Source: a virus (lineage: Duplodnaviria > Caudoviricetes). From it: DNA of 53,592 nucleotides. Below the pieces are notes generated by a model, which saw only the letters and a program-made list of their open reading frames with translations, was not told where the DNA came from and ran no database searches. A program made the position numbers and the translations under genes. Where the stretch lies: the IMG/VR virus record IMGVR_UViG_3300045240_000178, positions 1-53,592 of that record; one strand, written 5' to 3'. Positions within the stretch are counted from its first letter, which is position 1; every line of letters starts with the position of its first letter. Shown here piece after piece: positions 43,741-52,369 of the stretch.

Positions 43741-43755
43741 CTTCCAATCAATCGA

Positions 43756-44412
43756 ATGTCATTTCCATTTCCAATCCCTATGGCCCGATCCCGCGCGCGC
43801 TTCGGCGGCGACGAGAAGCCACCGGCCCAGTTCACACTCCGGATGGGTATCATTCTCGGCCTGTTGACCATCGCCGGCGCAATCTGGGGCGCTGGATCCA
43901 AAGACGGATCGCTCCGATATATGGTGCTGGAGGACCACGCATTCATGTTACGGCTCGCCGCGGCCGTAGAAAGCAACGCTGCCGCTACCGGTGTGTTGGC
44001 TGTCGCAGTCGGCACCGTGCAGGGCAATCTCGCCGGACGCACCACCGCCCTGGAAGCGAAGGCCGATAGAAACTGGACCGCCATCCGCAGGCAGGGCACG
44101 CAATCTGAAAAGAACAAGGCCGACATCAGCCACTTCGACACCCGCCAGCAACAGCAGGCGACGCAGCAGACAGTCGATCGAGTCACGGCCTCGGAAGCCA
44201 ACCTGACGCAGAGCAAGCGCGCGGATCAATCGGACAACCGCCAGGCCGCTGCCGCCACCGCTGCCATCACCGCCGAGAGCACGCTGAGCAATCGTTTGGA
44301 TCAGGACCGCCACGTCGCCGCTACGGCATCGCAGGCACTTGAAGTACGGCAGGACAAGGCGGAAGAGCAGCAGGATACCGATCGCGCGGCCGCTAAGCAG
44401 AGGAAGAAATGA
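43756..44412 (+). CDS. Single-TM coiled-coil protein (i-spanin-like topology)
   Basis: N-terminal TM MGIILGLLTIAGAIWG followed by Gln/Ala-rich helices; start 43756 or 43780. Confidence 0.6.
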   Translation: MSFPFPIPMARSRARFGGDEKPPAQFTLRMGIILGLLTIAGAIWGAGSKDGSLRYMVLEDHAFMLRLAAAVESNAAATGVLAVAVGTVQGNLAGRTTALEAKADRNWTAIRRQGTQSEKNKADISHFDTRQQQQATQQTVDRVTASEANLTQSKRADQSDNRQAAAATAAITAESTLSNRLDQDRHVAATASQALEVRQDKAEEQQDTDRAAAKQRKK

Positions 44413-44651
44413 CCCTGCAAGAACGCGTCCACGCCCTATTCGCCGAAGTACAAGCGAAGGGCTGGCCAACCATTTCCGAGAACCTAGATCTTTGCATGGA
44501 GCGTGCCTGCGAGTTTGAAACCCGATTTCGCGCGCTGATTTACGACGAGGAGGAATTAACCAATGGCAGCCGCAATCATCCCGATAGCTTTACCTCTGAT
44601 TCTGACCGAAGTTCCCAAGCTGATCGATCTGATCGTCGGCCTGGTCCATAA
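44409..44651 (+). CDS. Hypothetical protein, 80 aa
   Basis: ATGA coupling; overlaps the next gene. Confidence 0.5.
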   Translation: MTLQERVHALFAEVQAKGWPTISENLDLCMERACEFETRFRALIYDEEELTNGSRNHPDSFTSDSDRSSQADRSDRRPGP

Positions 44652-44940
44652 ACAGGCGCCAGTGGCGGAGGCCTCCGGCGGACCCAACACTGGCCCCGTG
44701 AAATTCGCCGACGTGTTCATAGCCACCATGGAGGATCTGATCAAGGCCCATGCCAAGGGCACGATCCCCGGATTGCCCGACGAGGCAGAAGTGAAGGTGA
44801 TCATCCAGGCCGTGGTGACCAGCATGAAGCTGAGCGGAGTACTCGGAAGCACGAGCGTTCAGAGTCCTGCAGAGCTTCCGTCTACGCAAGGGCCGCTGGT
44901 GTTGACGGCGGGGCAGTCGATCACGATCAGCGTGAAATAA
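44563..44940 (+). CDS. Putative holin (LL-H-like), 125 aa
   Basis: AGGAGG RBS; hydrophobic N-terminus; G..K...V and IQAVV..MK pattern. Confidence 0.5.
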   Translation: MAAAIIPIALPLILTEVPKLIDLIVGLVHKQAPVAEASGGPNTGPVKFADVFIATMEDLIKAHAKGTIPGLPDEAEVKVIIQAVVTSMKLSGVLGSTSVQSPAELPSTQGPLVLTAGQSITISVK

Positions 44941-44942
44941 CC

Positions 44943-45170
44943 ATGGAATCCCTCAACCTCATATTGATCATTCAGCTGACCATCCGTGAGTACATAAACA
45001 GGTCCACGGGACGATTCATCGTCTGCGCAAAGGATACCGGAGCAGTAGCAGGAATGGGCGCGATGACTCTCGCCCAGGCCCACTTCGTCGCCGACGGCTT
45101 GCCCAGCTATGAGATCCGCCCAGTTGGCCAACCCTTGCCCTGGGCGCCGCAACACACGAGTCGGGCATGA
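44943..45170 (+). CDS. Hypothetical protein, 75 aa
   Basis: Fills the gap; ATGA coupling to patatin. Confidence 0.5.
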   Translation: MESLNLILIIQLTIREYINRSTGRFIVCAKDTGAVAGMGAMTLAQAHFVADGLPSYEIRPVGQPLPWAPQHTSRA

Positions 45171-46084
45171 CGAAGAAAATCCTATCGATTCAAGGAGGGG
45201 GGATCCGCGGAATCATCCCCGCGTGCGCCTTGGTTGCCCTGGAAGCCCAGACTGGCAAGCTCGCCCGCGAATCCTTTGACTTCTGCGGTGGATCCAGCAC
45301 CGGCGCGCTGCTCACCGCGGCGATCGCGGCAGGAGTTCCAGCGCAGCAATCGCTTGACGTCTACCTGCAGCACGGCCGCCAGATCTTTTCGCCCACCAAC
45401 GACGTGGAGCGGAAGGTCAACCTGGTCGCGCGCGGCAGGCAGTTCGATGCGAAAACGCTCTACCAGGTGGTGAAGGACACGCTCGGCACGGCCGCAGTGT
45501 GGACGATCAACGACAGCCCCATCAATATCCTGCTCACCGCGGTCGACCAGCTCGGCGACACGATGTATTTCACCCGGGATGGATCCACGAACGCCGGCAA
45601 GTTCGGCCAATTTGGACTGCTCGATGCGGCCGTTGCATCGGCATGCGCCACCACATATCACGATCCCTGGATGGTTCGACGTCTCGGATATTGTGCTGAT
45701 GGAGGATGCGGAGGCGTGGCGGATCCGGTCTACCAGGTCTGCGTCGAAGCCTTCACCGGCGCCAAATGCTACGGCTCGATCGACCCGGCGGCCGCGGCCG
45801 TGATCTCGCTCGGTACCGGATTCTTCAAACCCACCACGATGCCCCAACCTCCCGGCAATCTGCTCCAGCGGATTCAGTGGGTGACTGGCGCGCTCGTTGG
45901 ATCGAGCAAAACGATCGCGGCGCAATCGGTCGAACGGCATTGGCCGAACGTTCTGCGGGTGTTGAACGCGGCTCTGCCCAACGATATCGATGAAGCGGAC
46001 GTGGACGCGATCCCAATGTTGCTCCACATTGGCCAGGCCGCGGCGGCGAAGATCGACTGGCGAACGATTCTGGGGCTGGCGTGA
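45167..46084 (+). CDS. Patatin-like phospholipase, 305 aa
   Basis: GGGIRG oxyanion loop, GSSTG nucleophile elbow and DGG catalytic Asp. Confidence 0.92.
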   Translation: MTKKILSIQGGGIRGIIPACALVALEAQTGKLARESFDFCGGSSTGALLTAAIAAGVPAQQSLDVYLQHGRQIFSPTNDVERKVNLVARGRQFDAKTLYQVVKDTLGTAAVWTINDSPINILLTAVDQLGDTMYFTRDGSTNAGKFGQFGLLDAAVASACATTYHDPWMVRRLGYCADGGCGGVADPVYQVCVEAFTGAKCYGSIDPAAAAVISLGTGFFKPTTMPQPPGNLLQRIQWVTGALVGSSKTIAAQSVERHWPNVLRVLNAALPNDIDEADVDAIPMLLHIGQAAAAKIDWRTILGLA

Positions 46085-46521
46085 TGATCCGCAGAACCTC
46101 ACCCGCCGGCATCGACGTGATGAAGGTCTTCGAAGGTTGCAGGCTCGTAGCCTATCGGGACGCGTCGCCGGAACGTATCTGGACGATCGGCCGGGGTCAT
46201 ACCGGCGCCGGCGTTACCCAAGGCCTGCGAATCGACCAGGTGCGCGCCGATCAACTGTTCGCCTGCGATCTCCTGAGTTTCGAGACGGCCGTCTGCAGCG
46301 CGGTTCACGTGGAGCTGACTCAAGGCCAATTCGACGCGTTGGTCTCCTTCGCGTACAACTGCAAAGGTTGGCGGACGTCCGATCTGATTCGGCTCGTGAA
46401 TGCGCGCGACTTCAACGGCGCCGCAAACGAGTTTCCAAAATGGTGTCATGCCGGCGCCGAAATACTTCCCGGCCTGGTCACCAGGCGCGCGGCCGAGCAG
46501 AAACTCTTCAGCGCAGTATAG
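46081..46521 (+). CDS. Endolysin, GH24 phage lysozyme
   Basis: FEGCRLVAYRD....WTIG.GHT, QFDALVSFAYN and LPGLVTRR motifs. Confidence 0.95.
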   Translation: MMIRRTSPAGIDVMKVFEGCRLVAYRDASPERIWTIGRGHTGAGVTQGLRIDQVRADQLFACDLLSFETAVCSAVHVELTQGQFDALVSFAYNCKGWRTSDLIRLVNARDFNGAANEFPKWCHAGAEILPGLVTRRAAEQKLFSAV

Positions 46522-46536
46522 AATCGAATCCCCAAT

Positions 46537-47124
46537 ATGAGCATCCGAGCAGCAATCTACGCGCGCGTATCGACCAAGATCCAGGATTACGAACTGCAGC
46601 TCACCGAGTTGCGCTCCTACGCCGCCCGCGCCGGCTGGGAAATCGTGGAGTACGTGGAGAAGGCATCGAGCGTCAAGAAACGGCCGGTGTTCGATCGCAT
46701 GCTCGCCGACGCCAAGCTCCGGAAGTTCGATGCAGTGCTGGTCTGGAAACTGGACCGCTTTGCGCGCTCCATCTCCCAACTGGTCGAGAACGTTCGCCTG
46801 TTCGATTCGCTCGAAATCCGTTTCGTATGCGTGACCCAGGGGATCGACACACACCTGCAGAATGCCGGCGGCCGGATGTTCATGCAGATCCTCGGGGTCT
46901 TTGCTGAGTTCGAGCGCAACCTGATCGTGGAGCGGGTGACCGCCGGGGTGGCCGAAGCCCAGAAGAGGGGAGTCCACTGCGGCCGCAAGCCGCGGATCTT
47001 CAAGCGCGACGAGGCCATGCGGATGCGGAGACTGGGGATGAGCTTCCGAAAAATCGCGGTCGCCCTGGGCGTTCCGACCATGACGATCGTCGATGCGGTG
47101 AAGCTGTACGGAAAGCCTTCCTAG
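46537..47124 (+). CDS. Small serine recombinase (resolvase/invertase) with C-terminal HTH, 195 aa
   Basis: YARVST, LDRFARS, FAEFER..I.ER..AG and GRKP motifs. Confidence 0.95.
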   Translation: MSIRAAIYARVSTKIQDYELQLTELRSYAARAGWEIVEYVEKASSVKKRPVFDRMLADAKLRKFDAVLVWKLDRFARSISQLVENVRLFDSLEIRFVCVTQGIDTHLQNAGGRMFMQILGVFAEFERNLIVERVTAGVAEAQKRGVHCGRKPRIFKRDEAMRMRRLGMSFRKIAVALGVPTMTIVDAVKLYGKPS

Positions 47125-47204
47125 TTTCTCGGGAATCGGTGACGCAAGGAGTAGACTTGCGGGCGCCGAAATGGCAGTACGAAACCAATTGGTTGGCGTA
47201 CGTT
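47105..47204. promoter_or_regulatory. Putative res-type recombination site
   Basis: TGTACGGAAA at 47105 and GTACG-A-AACCAATTGGTT-GG-CGTAC at 47177-47201 (12-bp perfect core palindrome). Confidence 0.5.
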
Positions 47205-47310
47205 CCGGTGGTGGAAACCAGCAAAACAAACGACTTAAGCGGCAAACGTCCGCATTCCGCGCGCCGCGGTGCCCCAACGGAAGTAGACGCCTCACGCGCG
47301 CGCGACCAAC

Positions 47311-47784
47311 ATGCCCCGATTCGGCCCCAAGATTACTGCTTTTCTGCGCGCCATCGAAGTGATGCCAAATGTCACCCGGGCGGCGAAGGCGGCCAGGATC
47401 AACAAGTCCCAGCACTACGCGAAGCTGAACTCGAGTCTGGAGTACCGCGCCGCCTTCGACGCCTGTATGGCGATCGGCTGCGATGCCATGAGCGACGTCG
47501 CGATCGAGCGGGCCCAGATCGGCTGGGACGAACCCGTCGTATATAAGGGGCAGCTCTCCTACCCGGAGATCTGGAGCGACGAGCTGGGATATATGGTCCC
47601 CGACCGAACCCAGCAACCGTTCAGCGTCCGCAAGATCGACAACAACCTCCTGCAGTTCGTGCTTCGCAACCGCCATCCCGATTACCGGGAGCAGCGCGAA
47701 GAGCGCAACCCCGAAGCCGCCACGGCGCCGCCGCTGGTGATTCAGACCTACACCGATGATCCGCCTGAAAAGATTGAAGCCTGA
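47311..47784 (+). CDS. terS: Terminase small subunit
   Basis: N-terminal HTH and ERA..GWDEPVVYKG...RK.D..LL.F.L motif; upstream of TerL. Confidence 0.8.
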   Translation: MPRFGPKITAFLRAIEVMPNVTRAAKAARINKSQHYAKLNSSLEYRAAFDACMAIGCDAMSDVAIERAQIGWDEPVVYKGQLSYPEIWSDELGYMVPDRTQQPFSVRKIDNNLLQFVLRNRHPDYREQREERNPEAATAPPLVIQTYTDDPPEKIEA

Positions 47785-47929
47785 GACTGAGAATCTAATC
47801 TCTGTTCTTCTCGCGCCACCGTCGATTAGCTTCCGCTTGCTGCGCGCGCGTGCCCATCACTCAATTTTGTTCCGAAACCCCTGTATTTACTAGGCCTAGA
47901 CGCATATTGAGTGTACCGGTACAATCCTC

Positions 47930-49240
47930 ATGATCCGCCTCAGCAAACCGCAGTCCCGTATTTTTTTGTCTCCAGCGCGGTTCCGTGTTGTGGTTGCCGG
48001 CAGGCGTTTCGGCAAGACGTACCTGTCGATCCCCGAGCTGGTTCGCAAGGTCTGGAACCGGCCGAAGTCGCTCGCCTGGTATCTGGCACCGACATATCGC
48101 CAGGCGAAGCAGATCGCGTGGCGCGAACTGAAAGAGACCGGCGGGCCCTACTTGGCCGAGAAGCCCAACGAGACGGATCTGTCGGTCGAACTGATCGGCG
48201 GCGGCCGGATCGCGCTCCGCGGCGCGGCGAACTACGACGCCTTGCGCGGACCGGGCCTCGACTTCGCGGTGATGGACGAATACGCCGACATGAATCCGGT
48301 GGTGTGGACGGAGATCATCCGCCCCATGCTGTCCGACCGGATGGGTTCGGCTCTCTTCATCGGCACACCGAAGGGCATGAACCACTTCTACGAACTGCAC
48401 CAGTCGGCAGCCACGATGCCAGATTGGGCGGCGTTTCAGTACACCACGCTCGATGGCGGGCGCGTTTCGGCCGCGGAGCTCGAATCCGCGCGCCAGGACA
48501 TGGATGAGAAGACGTTCCGCCAGGAGTACATGGGCGGCTTCGAGAACTTTGCCGGCCGCGCCTACTTCGCCTTCAACCGCGGCGCCAATCTGCACGCAGC
48601 CAACTATCAGCCGCGCCTGCAGCTCTGCTGGTCGCTTGATTTCAACGTGAACCCGATGTCCAGCGTGATCTGCCAGCTCGAAGACACCACCACGCGCGAC
48701 CAGGCCATGATCGGCAAGCGATCCTCCCTCGTGCACGTGCTCGATGAGATCGTGCTGCCCAATTCCAACACCCAGGAGGCTTGCGAGGAATTCGCCAGGC
48801 GCGTGCAACCCTGGATCGCGCGGCAAGGGCAAGTTTCGCTGAAGCTATACGGCGATGCCGCCGGCAGCGCGCGCTCGACCGCGGGCAAGTCGGACTACCA
48901 GATCATCAAGGAATTCTTCCGCCGGACGCCCGAGTTCCAGGTGAGCTACCACGTGCCGCTGGCCAATCCCGCGGTGCGCGATCGCGTGAACGCGATGAAT
49001 TCGAAGCTGCTGAACGCCGCGGGTGTGGTGGGGCTGTTAGTGGATCCGCGATGCAAAAGATTGACGAAGGATCTGGAGCAGGTCGCGTGGAAAAGCGATT
49101 CGAACGGCAACATGACTGGCGATATCGACAAGAGTAACGCGGAGCTGACGCATATCTCGGACGCGCTCGGCTACTTGATTGAGAGTGAGTTCGGATTGCG
49201 GCAGGCCGGCGGGCCGCGGAGCGGGAGTATCGCAGCATGA
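47930..49240 (+). CDS. terL: Terminase large subunit
   Basis: Walker A AGRRFGKT, Walker B VMDE, IGTPKG, nuclease LDFN and HISDALGY. Confidence 0.97.
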   Translation: MIRLSKPQSRIFLSPARFRVVVAGRRFGKTYLSIPELVRKVWNRPKSLAWYLAPTYRQAKQIAWRELKETGGPYLAEKPNETDLSVELIGGGRIALRGAANYDALRGPGLDFAVMDEYADMNPVVWTEIIRPMLSDRMGSALFIGTPKGMNHFYELHQSAATMPDWAAFQYTTLDGGRVSAAELESARQDMDEKTFRQEYMGGFENFAGRAYFAFNRGANLHAANYQPRLQLCWSLDFNVNPMSSVICQLEDTTTRDQAMIGKRSSLVHVLDEIVLPNSNTQEACEEFARRVQPWIARQGQVSLKLYGDAAGSARSTAGKSDYQIIKEFFRRTPEFQVSYHVPLANPAVRDRVNAMNSKLLNAAGVVGLLVDPRCKRLTKDLEQVAWKSDSNGNMTGDIDKSNAELTHISDALGYLIESEFGLRQAGGPRSGSIAA

Positions 49241-49488
49241 TCCTCGATTCCCACGGCAACCAACTCCGTCGCACCATCGGCTTCCTCGGCGGCTTCGTGC
49301 GCGTGTGCAAGGCGCAGGTGCCGACGGTGGAGTTGAGTCTGGTGGGATCGGAAACGATTACGTTAGAGGAAGACGAGGAAGAGGACGCCGCACGCACTCT
49401 GGAGCGAATGCGGCGCAGCCTGACTACTTCTTCTTCGCTTTTGGCGCGGACTTCTTTTTCGCTTTCGGTGCGGTCTTCTTTGCCATAA
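49237..49488 (+). CDS. Small hypothetical protein with acidic patch, 83 aa
   Basis: ATGA coupling to terL; EEDEEED; 3' end overlaps the antisense micro-ORF. Confidence 0.55.
   Translation: MILDSHGNQLRRTIGFLGGFVRVCKAQVPTVELSLVGSETITLEEDEEEDAARTLERMRRSLTTSSSLLARTSFSLSVRSSLP
49424..49486 (-). CDS. 20-aa histone H1-like peptide MAKKTAPKAKKKSAPKAKKK
   Basis: AAAGGAG RBS 9 nt before the ATG; upstream TTAACT-17-TACATT promoter-like element. Confidence 0.65.
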   Translation of the reverse strand: MAKKTAPKAKKKSAPKAKKK

Positions 49489-49555
49489 ACTAATTCTCCT
49501 TTCTTGCAATGTAGCGCATGATGGTAGAAGAGTTAAAGAAAAACTTGAAGAAGGA

Positions 49556-49894
49556 GTGAGCCCACAAATGCAAGCCTATCCCCAGGGAAAAGTCGCGCCC
49601 GTTACCGCCGGAACCCCCGTGCGGCTTGCGGCGCCGCCGTCCGGCACACTGGTTGCCGAAATTCAGATCGCGCAGATTGCTGGCACGACTGGCAGTGTGT
49701 ACTTCGGGAAGGTGGGCATGGTGAAGGGCACGTTCGTCGGCGTGATGCGGCAGTTCATGGCGCCCGGTGCGACCGGTTTCCTCGATTCGGAAAACTATGG
49801 CGACGGCGAGACAAACCGTCTCGATCCGACCGATTATTGTGTCGATGCCGACACCAATCTAATGGGCATGCTGGTCACCTACATCCAAGCCTGA
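49556..49894 (+). CDS. Putative small virion protein, 112 aa
   Basis: AAGGAG RBS; beta-rich; TGATG coupling to portal. Confidence 0.7.
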   Translation: MSPQMQAYPQGKVAPVTAGTPVRLAAPPSGTLVAEIQIAQIAGTTGSVYFGKVGMVKGTFVGVMRQFMAPGATGFLDSENYGDGETNRLDPTDYCVDADTNLMGMLVTYIQA

Positions 49895-51453
49895 TGGACT
49901 TCCCCTCCTCACTGCCGATCAAATCCATTGGCGCCACAGCCTCGGAATACAACCGGTACGCCGAGGCATGGCAGACCGCTGCCGATCTCTACGAGGGCGG
50001 CAGCGTGCTCAAAGACAAGGTGGTCCGCCGCGGCCAATACCTGTTGAAGAAGCCGAAGGAACAGGAGGAAGTCTACGCCACGCGGCAACTGCGCTTCTCG
50101 TACACCAACCTCCTCGGCAACATCATCGGCTGGTACGGCGCCGCGCTGTTCAAGACGCCGGCGCAGATCGTAAAGAAGCGCGACGGCGCGGAAGGCGATG
50201 CGGCATTGAAGGTCCCGGCCGACGTGGAGACTTTCTGCGCGGCGTTTGAGAAGGACGCGGATCGCGCTGGCACCAGCTACGTGGATTTCTGGCGCAAGGC
50301 CTTCGAAAGCCTGGTGCTGCACAAGGCCGCCTACGTGCTGCTCGACCTGCCCGGCCACGACGACGACGCTCCGGCGGCGAGGTCTCTCGCAGACCAGCGG
50401 GCTAGCGGGGAACTCGACCCCTTCCTGGTGCTCTACACGCCCAGCCAGGTCATCAACTGGGAGACCGACCGCTACGGCAACCTGGAGTGGTGCATCATCG
50501 CCGTCTCGACCGAAGAGCGCGAAGCGTTCCAGAATCCCGTCACGATGGACTACTGGTATTATTTCGACCGCGAGCAGGTCGCATGCTATTCGGCGGAGCG
50601 GAACGACAAGCGCACCGATGACGACGTGGCCAACCTCGTGGACGGCTATCCCCGCCGGCACGCCATGACGGACCTGCAGCGGATCCCGGTGCGCAAAATC
50701 GAAGTGCCGGAAGGACTGTGGCTGGCCAATCGCGTGGCCCTACCGCTGCTCAACCACTTGAATCTGGACAACGCCTACGACTTCGCTCTATTCCAGTCGG
50801 CGCTTGCCCAGCTCGTGATCACCGGCAACTACGACGACTCGGCGACACTCTCGGAAGTCAGTTACCTGAAGCTCAACACGGGCGACACTGCCACGTATCT
50901 CGAGCCTGAAGGCCGCGCCTACGAAGCGATCGACAAACGCCTGGGCAGCCTCGAGGAGCGGATTTACAAGGCCTGCTACCTGATGGACCAGGCGCGCAGC
51001 AACAAGGCGACGCCGGCGGCGCAGTCTGGATTGAGTAAGCAGCAGGACAAGACTCCCAGCCGCGACGCGCTCTCCGGTTTCGGCGATGTGATCCGGCCCG
51101 CCATGCAGCTCGTGTACGCCGACGTGCTGGCGATCCGCGGCCTGGCGGAGATTCTGCCCGACGTGCGCGGCTTCGATTTCCAGGACAAGGCGGGCGTCGA
51201 AGAGATGGATTTCATGGAGAAGTCCACCGTGCTCGATGTCCAGTCGGACACGTACCGGCGGGAGCGCGATAAGAAGTTCGTCCGCGTGGTGCTGCCGGAT
51301 ATGAATCCGGAAACGCTGGCCAAGATCGACGGAGAGATCGAGGCCAATCCGACGCCCGAAGGCGCCGCGGCGTTACTCGCGGAGCAGCAGCAGGCCGACC
51401 AGCTCAACAAGTTCAGCCAGTCGTTCAAAGGCACCGCCGGCATCGGCGCGTAA
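49894..51453 (+). CDS. Portal protein, 519 aa
   Basis: Size and position after TerL; E..E.Y..R...Y.N and INW motifs. Confidence 0.85.
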   Translation: MDFPSSLPIKSIGATASEYNRYAEAWQTAADLYEGGSVLKDKVVRRGQYLLKKPKEQEEVYATRQLRFSYTNLLGNIIGWYGAALFKTPAQIVKKRDGAEGDAALKVPADVETFCAAFEKDADRAGTSYVDFWRKAFESLVLHKAAYVLLDLPGHDDDAPAARSLADQRASGELDPFLVLYTPSQVINWETDRYGNLEWCIIAVSTEEREAFQNPVTMDYWYYFDREQVACYSAERNDKRTDDDVANLVDGYPRRHAMTDLQRIPVRKIEVPEGLWLANRVALPLLNHLNLDNAYDFALFQSALAQLVITGNYDDSATLSEVSYLKLNTGDTATYLEPEGRAYEAIDKRLGSLEERIYKACYLMDQARSNKATPAAQSGLSKQQDKTPSRDALSGFGDVIRPAMQLVYADVLAIRGLAEILPDVRGFDFQDKAGVEEMDFMEKSTVLDVQSDTYRRERDKKFVRVVLPDMNPETLAKIDGEIEANPTPEGAAALLAEQQQADQLNKFSQSFKGTAGIGA

Positions 51454-51581
51454 GTGAAGAAAGTCCGCTAACACCCCAAGTTTGCAGTAAAAGGCCCGCC
51501 GTGAGGCTTTCATATTCACGGGCTAACTCACACAAAACACACAATGGCCGCGCATTCTCGCGGGTTCAGGAGAACGCATAG

Positions 51582-52301
51582 ATGCTACGATTCAATAGAA
51601 GCTCCCTGTTTGCTGCCAACGATGACGGCGCAGGCGGAGGTGGTGGAATTCCGGCGGCCTTTGATCCGGCCGCGTTCCAGACCTCCCTCTTGGGGGAAGT
51701 GAACAAAACCCTAAACGGTTTTGCCAAATCCTTCAAGCTCGATCTCGGCAAACTCACGGCCGCGGCACAATCCGCCCTCGTGACCGACCCGAATCCCGAC
51801 ATCGACCTCGCCGCTGGCGCGGTCAAACCCCCGTCCGACCCCGCTCTCGCCGCCCAATTCAAGGCGATGGAAAGGCAGAACCGATTGCTTACCGAGCAGT
51901 TCGCCGCTATGCAGAAGACGAACGAAGCGACCACGGCCGCCGCGGAAGTGAAAGAGCGTCACAGCTCGATCCGCGACACCCTGGCCGGCTTCCAGTTCGG
52001 TTCGGAATCGCAGCGCGATACCGCCTTTCGCATTTTCAAAGATGACATCAAGCGAACGGCGGACGGATCGCTCGTAGGCGGCGCAGACGAAGCCCCGCTG
52101 AAGGAATATGTGACGGCGCAGATGGCGAATCACGCCTATCTGCTGGCCGCAAAGTCCGTCGACTCTGCTGGCGCGCGCAATGGCGGCCGACAGGCGGGCG
52201 TGAAGTCCGTCGATTTCGACGCGATCAAACAGGGCATGTCGGCCGCGGATATGAGCGCCGCCGCGGCTCAGATCAGCGCCGTCCTGGCAGGACAGCGCTA
52301 A
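51582..52301 (+). CDS. Capsid scaffolding protein, 239 aa
   Basis: AGGAG RBS; helical, DGAGGGGG N-terminus; between portal and capsid. Confidence 0.75.
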   Translation: MLRFNRSSLFAANDDGAGGGGGIPAAFDPAAFQTSLLGEVNKTLNGFAKSFKLDLGKLTAAAQSALVTDPNPDIDLAAGAVKPPSDPALAAQFKAMERQNRLLTEQFAAMQKTNEATTAAAEVKERHSSIRDTLAGFQFGSESQRDTAFRIFKDDIKRTADGSLVGGADEAPLKEYVTAQMANHAYLLAAKSVDSAGARNGGRQAGVKSVDFDAIKQGMSAADMSAAAAQISAVLAGQR

Positions 52302-52324
52302 CGTAGTTTCACCGCACATAACCC

Positions 52325-52350
52325 AAGGGGGGGCAGGCGATGCCCCCCTT
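52325..52350 (+). promoter_or_regulatory. G/C hairpin immediately upstream of the major capsid RBS
   Basis: aagggggggca-ggcga-tgcccccctt followed by CAGGAG. Confidence 0.5.
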
Positions 52351-52369
52351 CTCAGGAGCAACTTTTCGA

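Noticed and set aside
45167-46084. Patatin as the effector of a phage-borne CBASS operon
   Set aside because: No CD-NTase cyclase or cap2/cap3 genes nearby; its neighbours are lysis genes
42617-47204. 11-bp inverted match AACGTACGCCA (42617-42627) / TGGCGTACGTT (47194-47204) as ends of an invertible lysis segment
   Set aside because: Matches this short are expected by chance in 53 kb and flanking similarity does not extend
46099-47676. 525-aa minus-strand ORF, and other long antisense ORFs such as 8391-9662, 16050-17462 and 47861-48832
   Set aside because: Shadow frames of well-supported genes in GC-rich DNA, with no motifs or RBS
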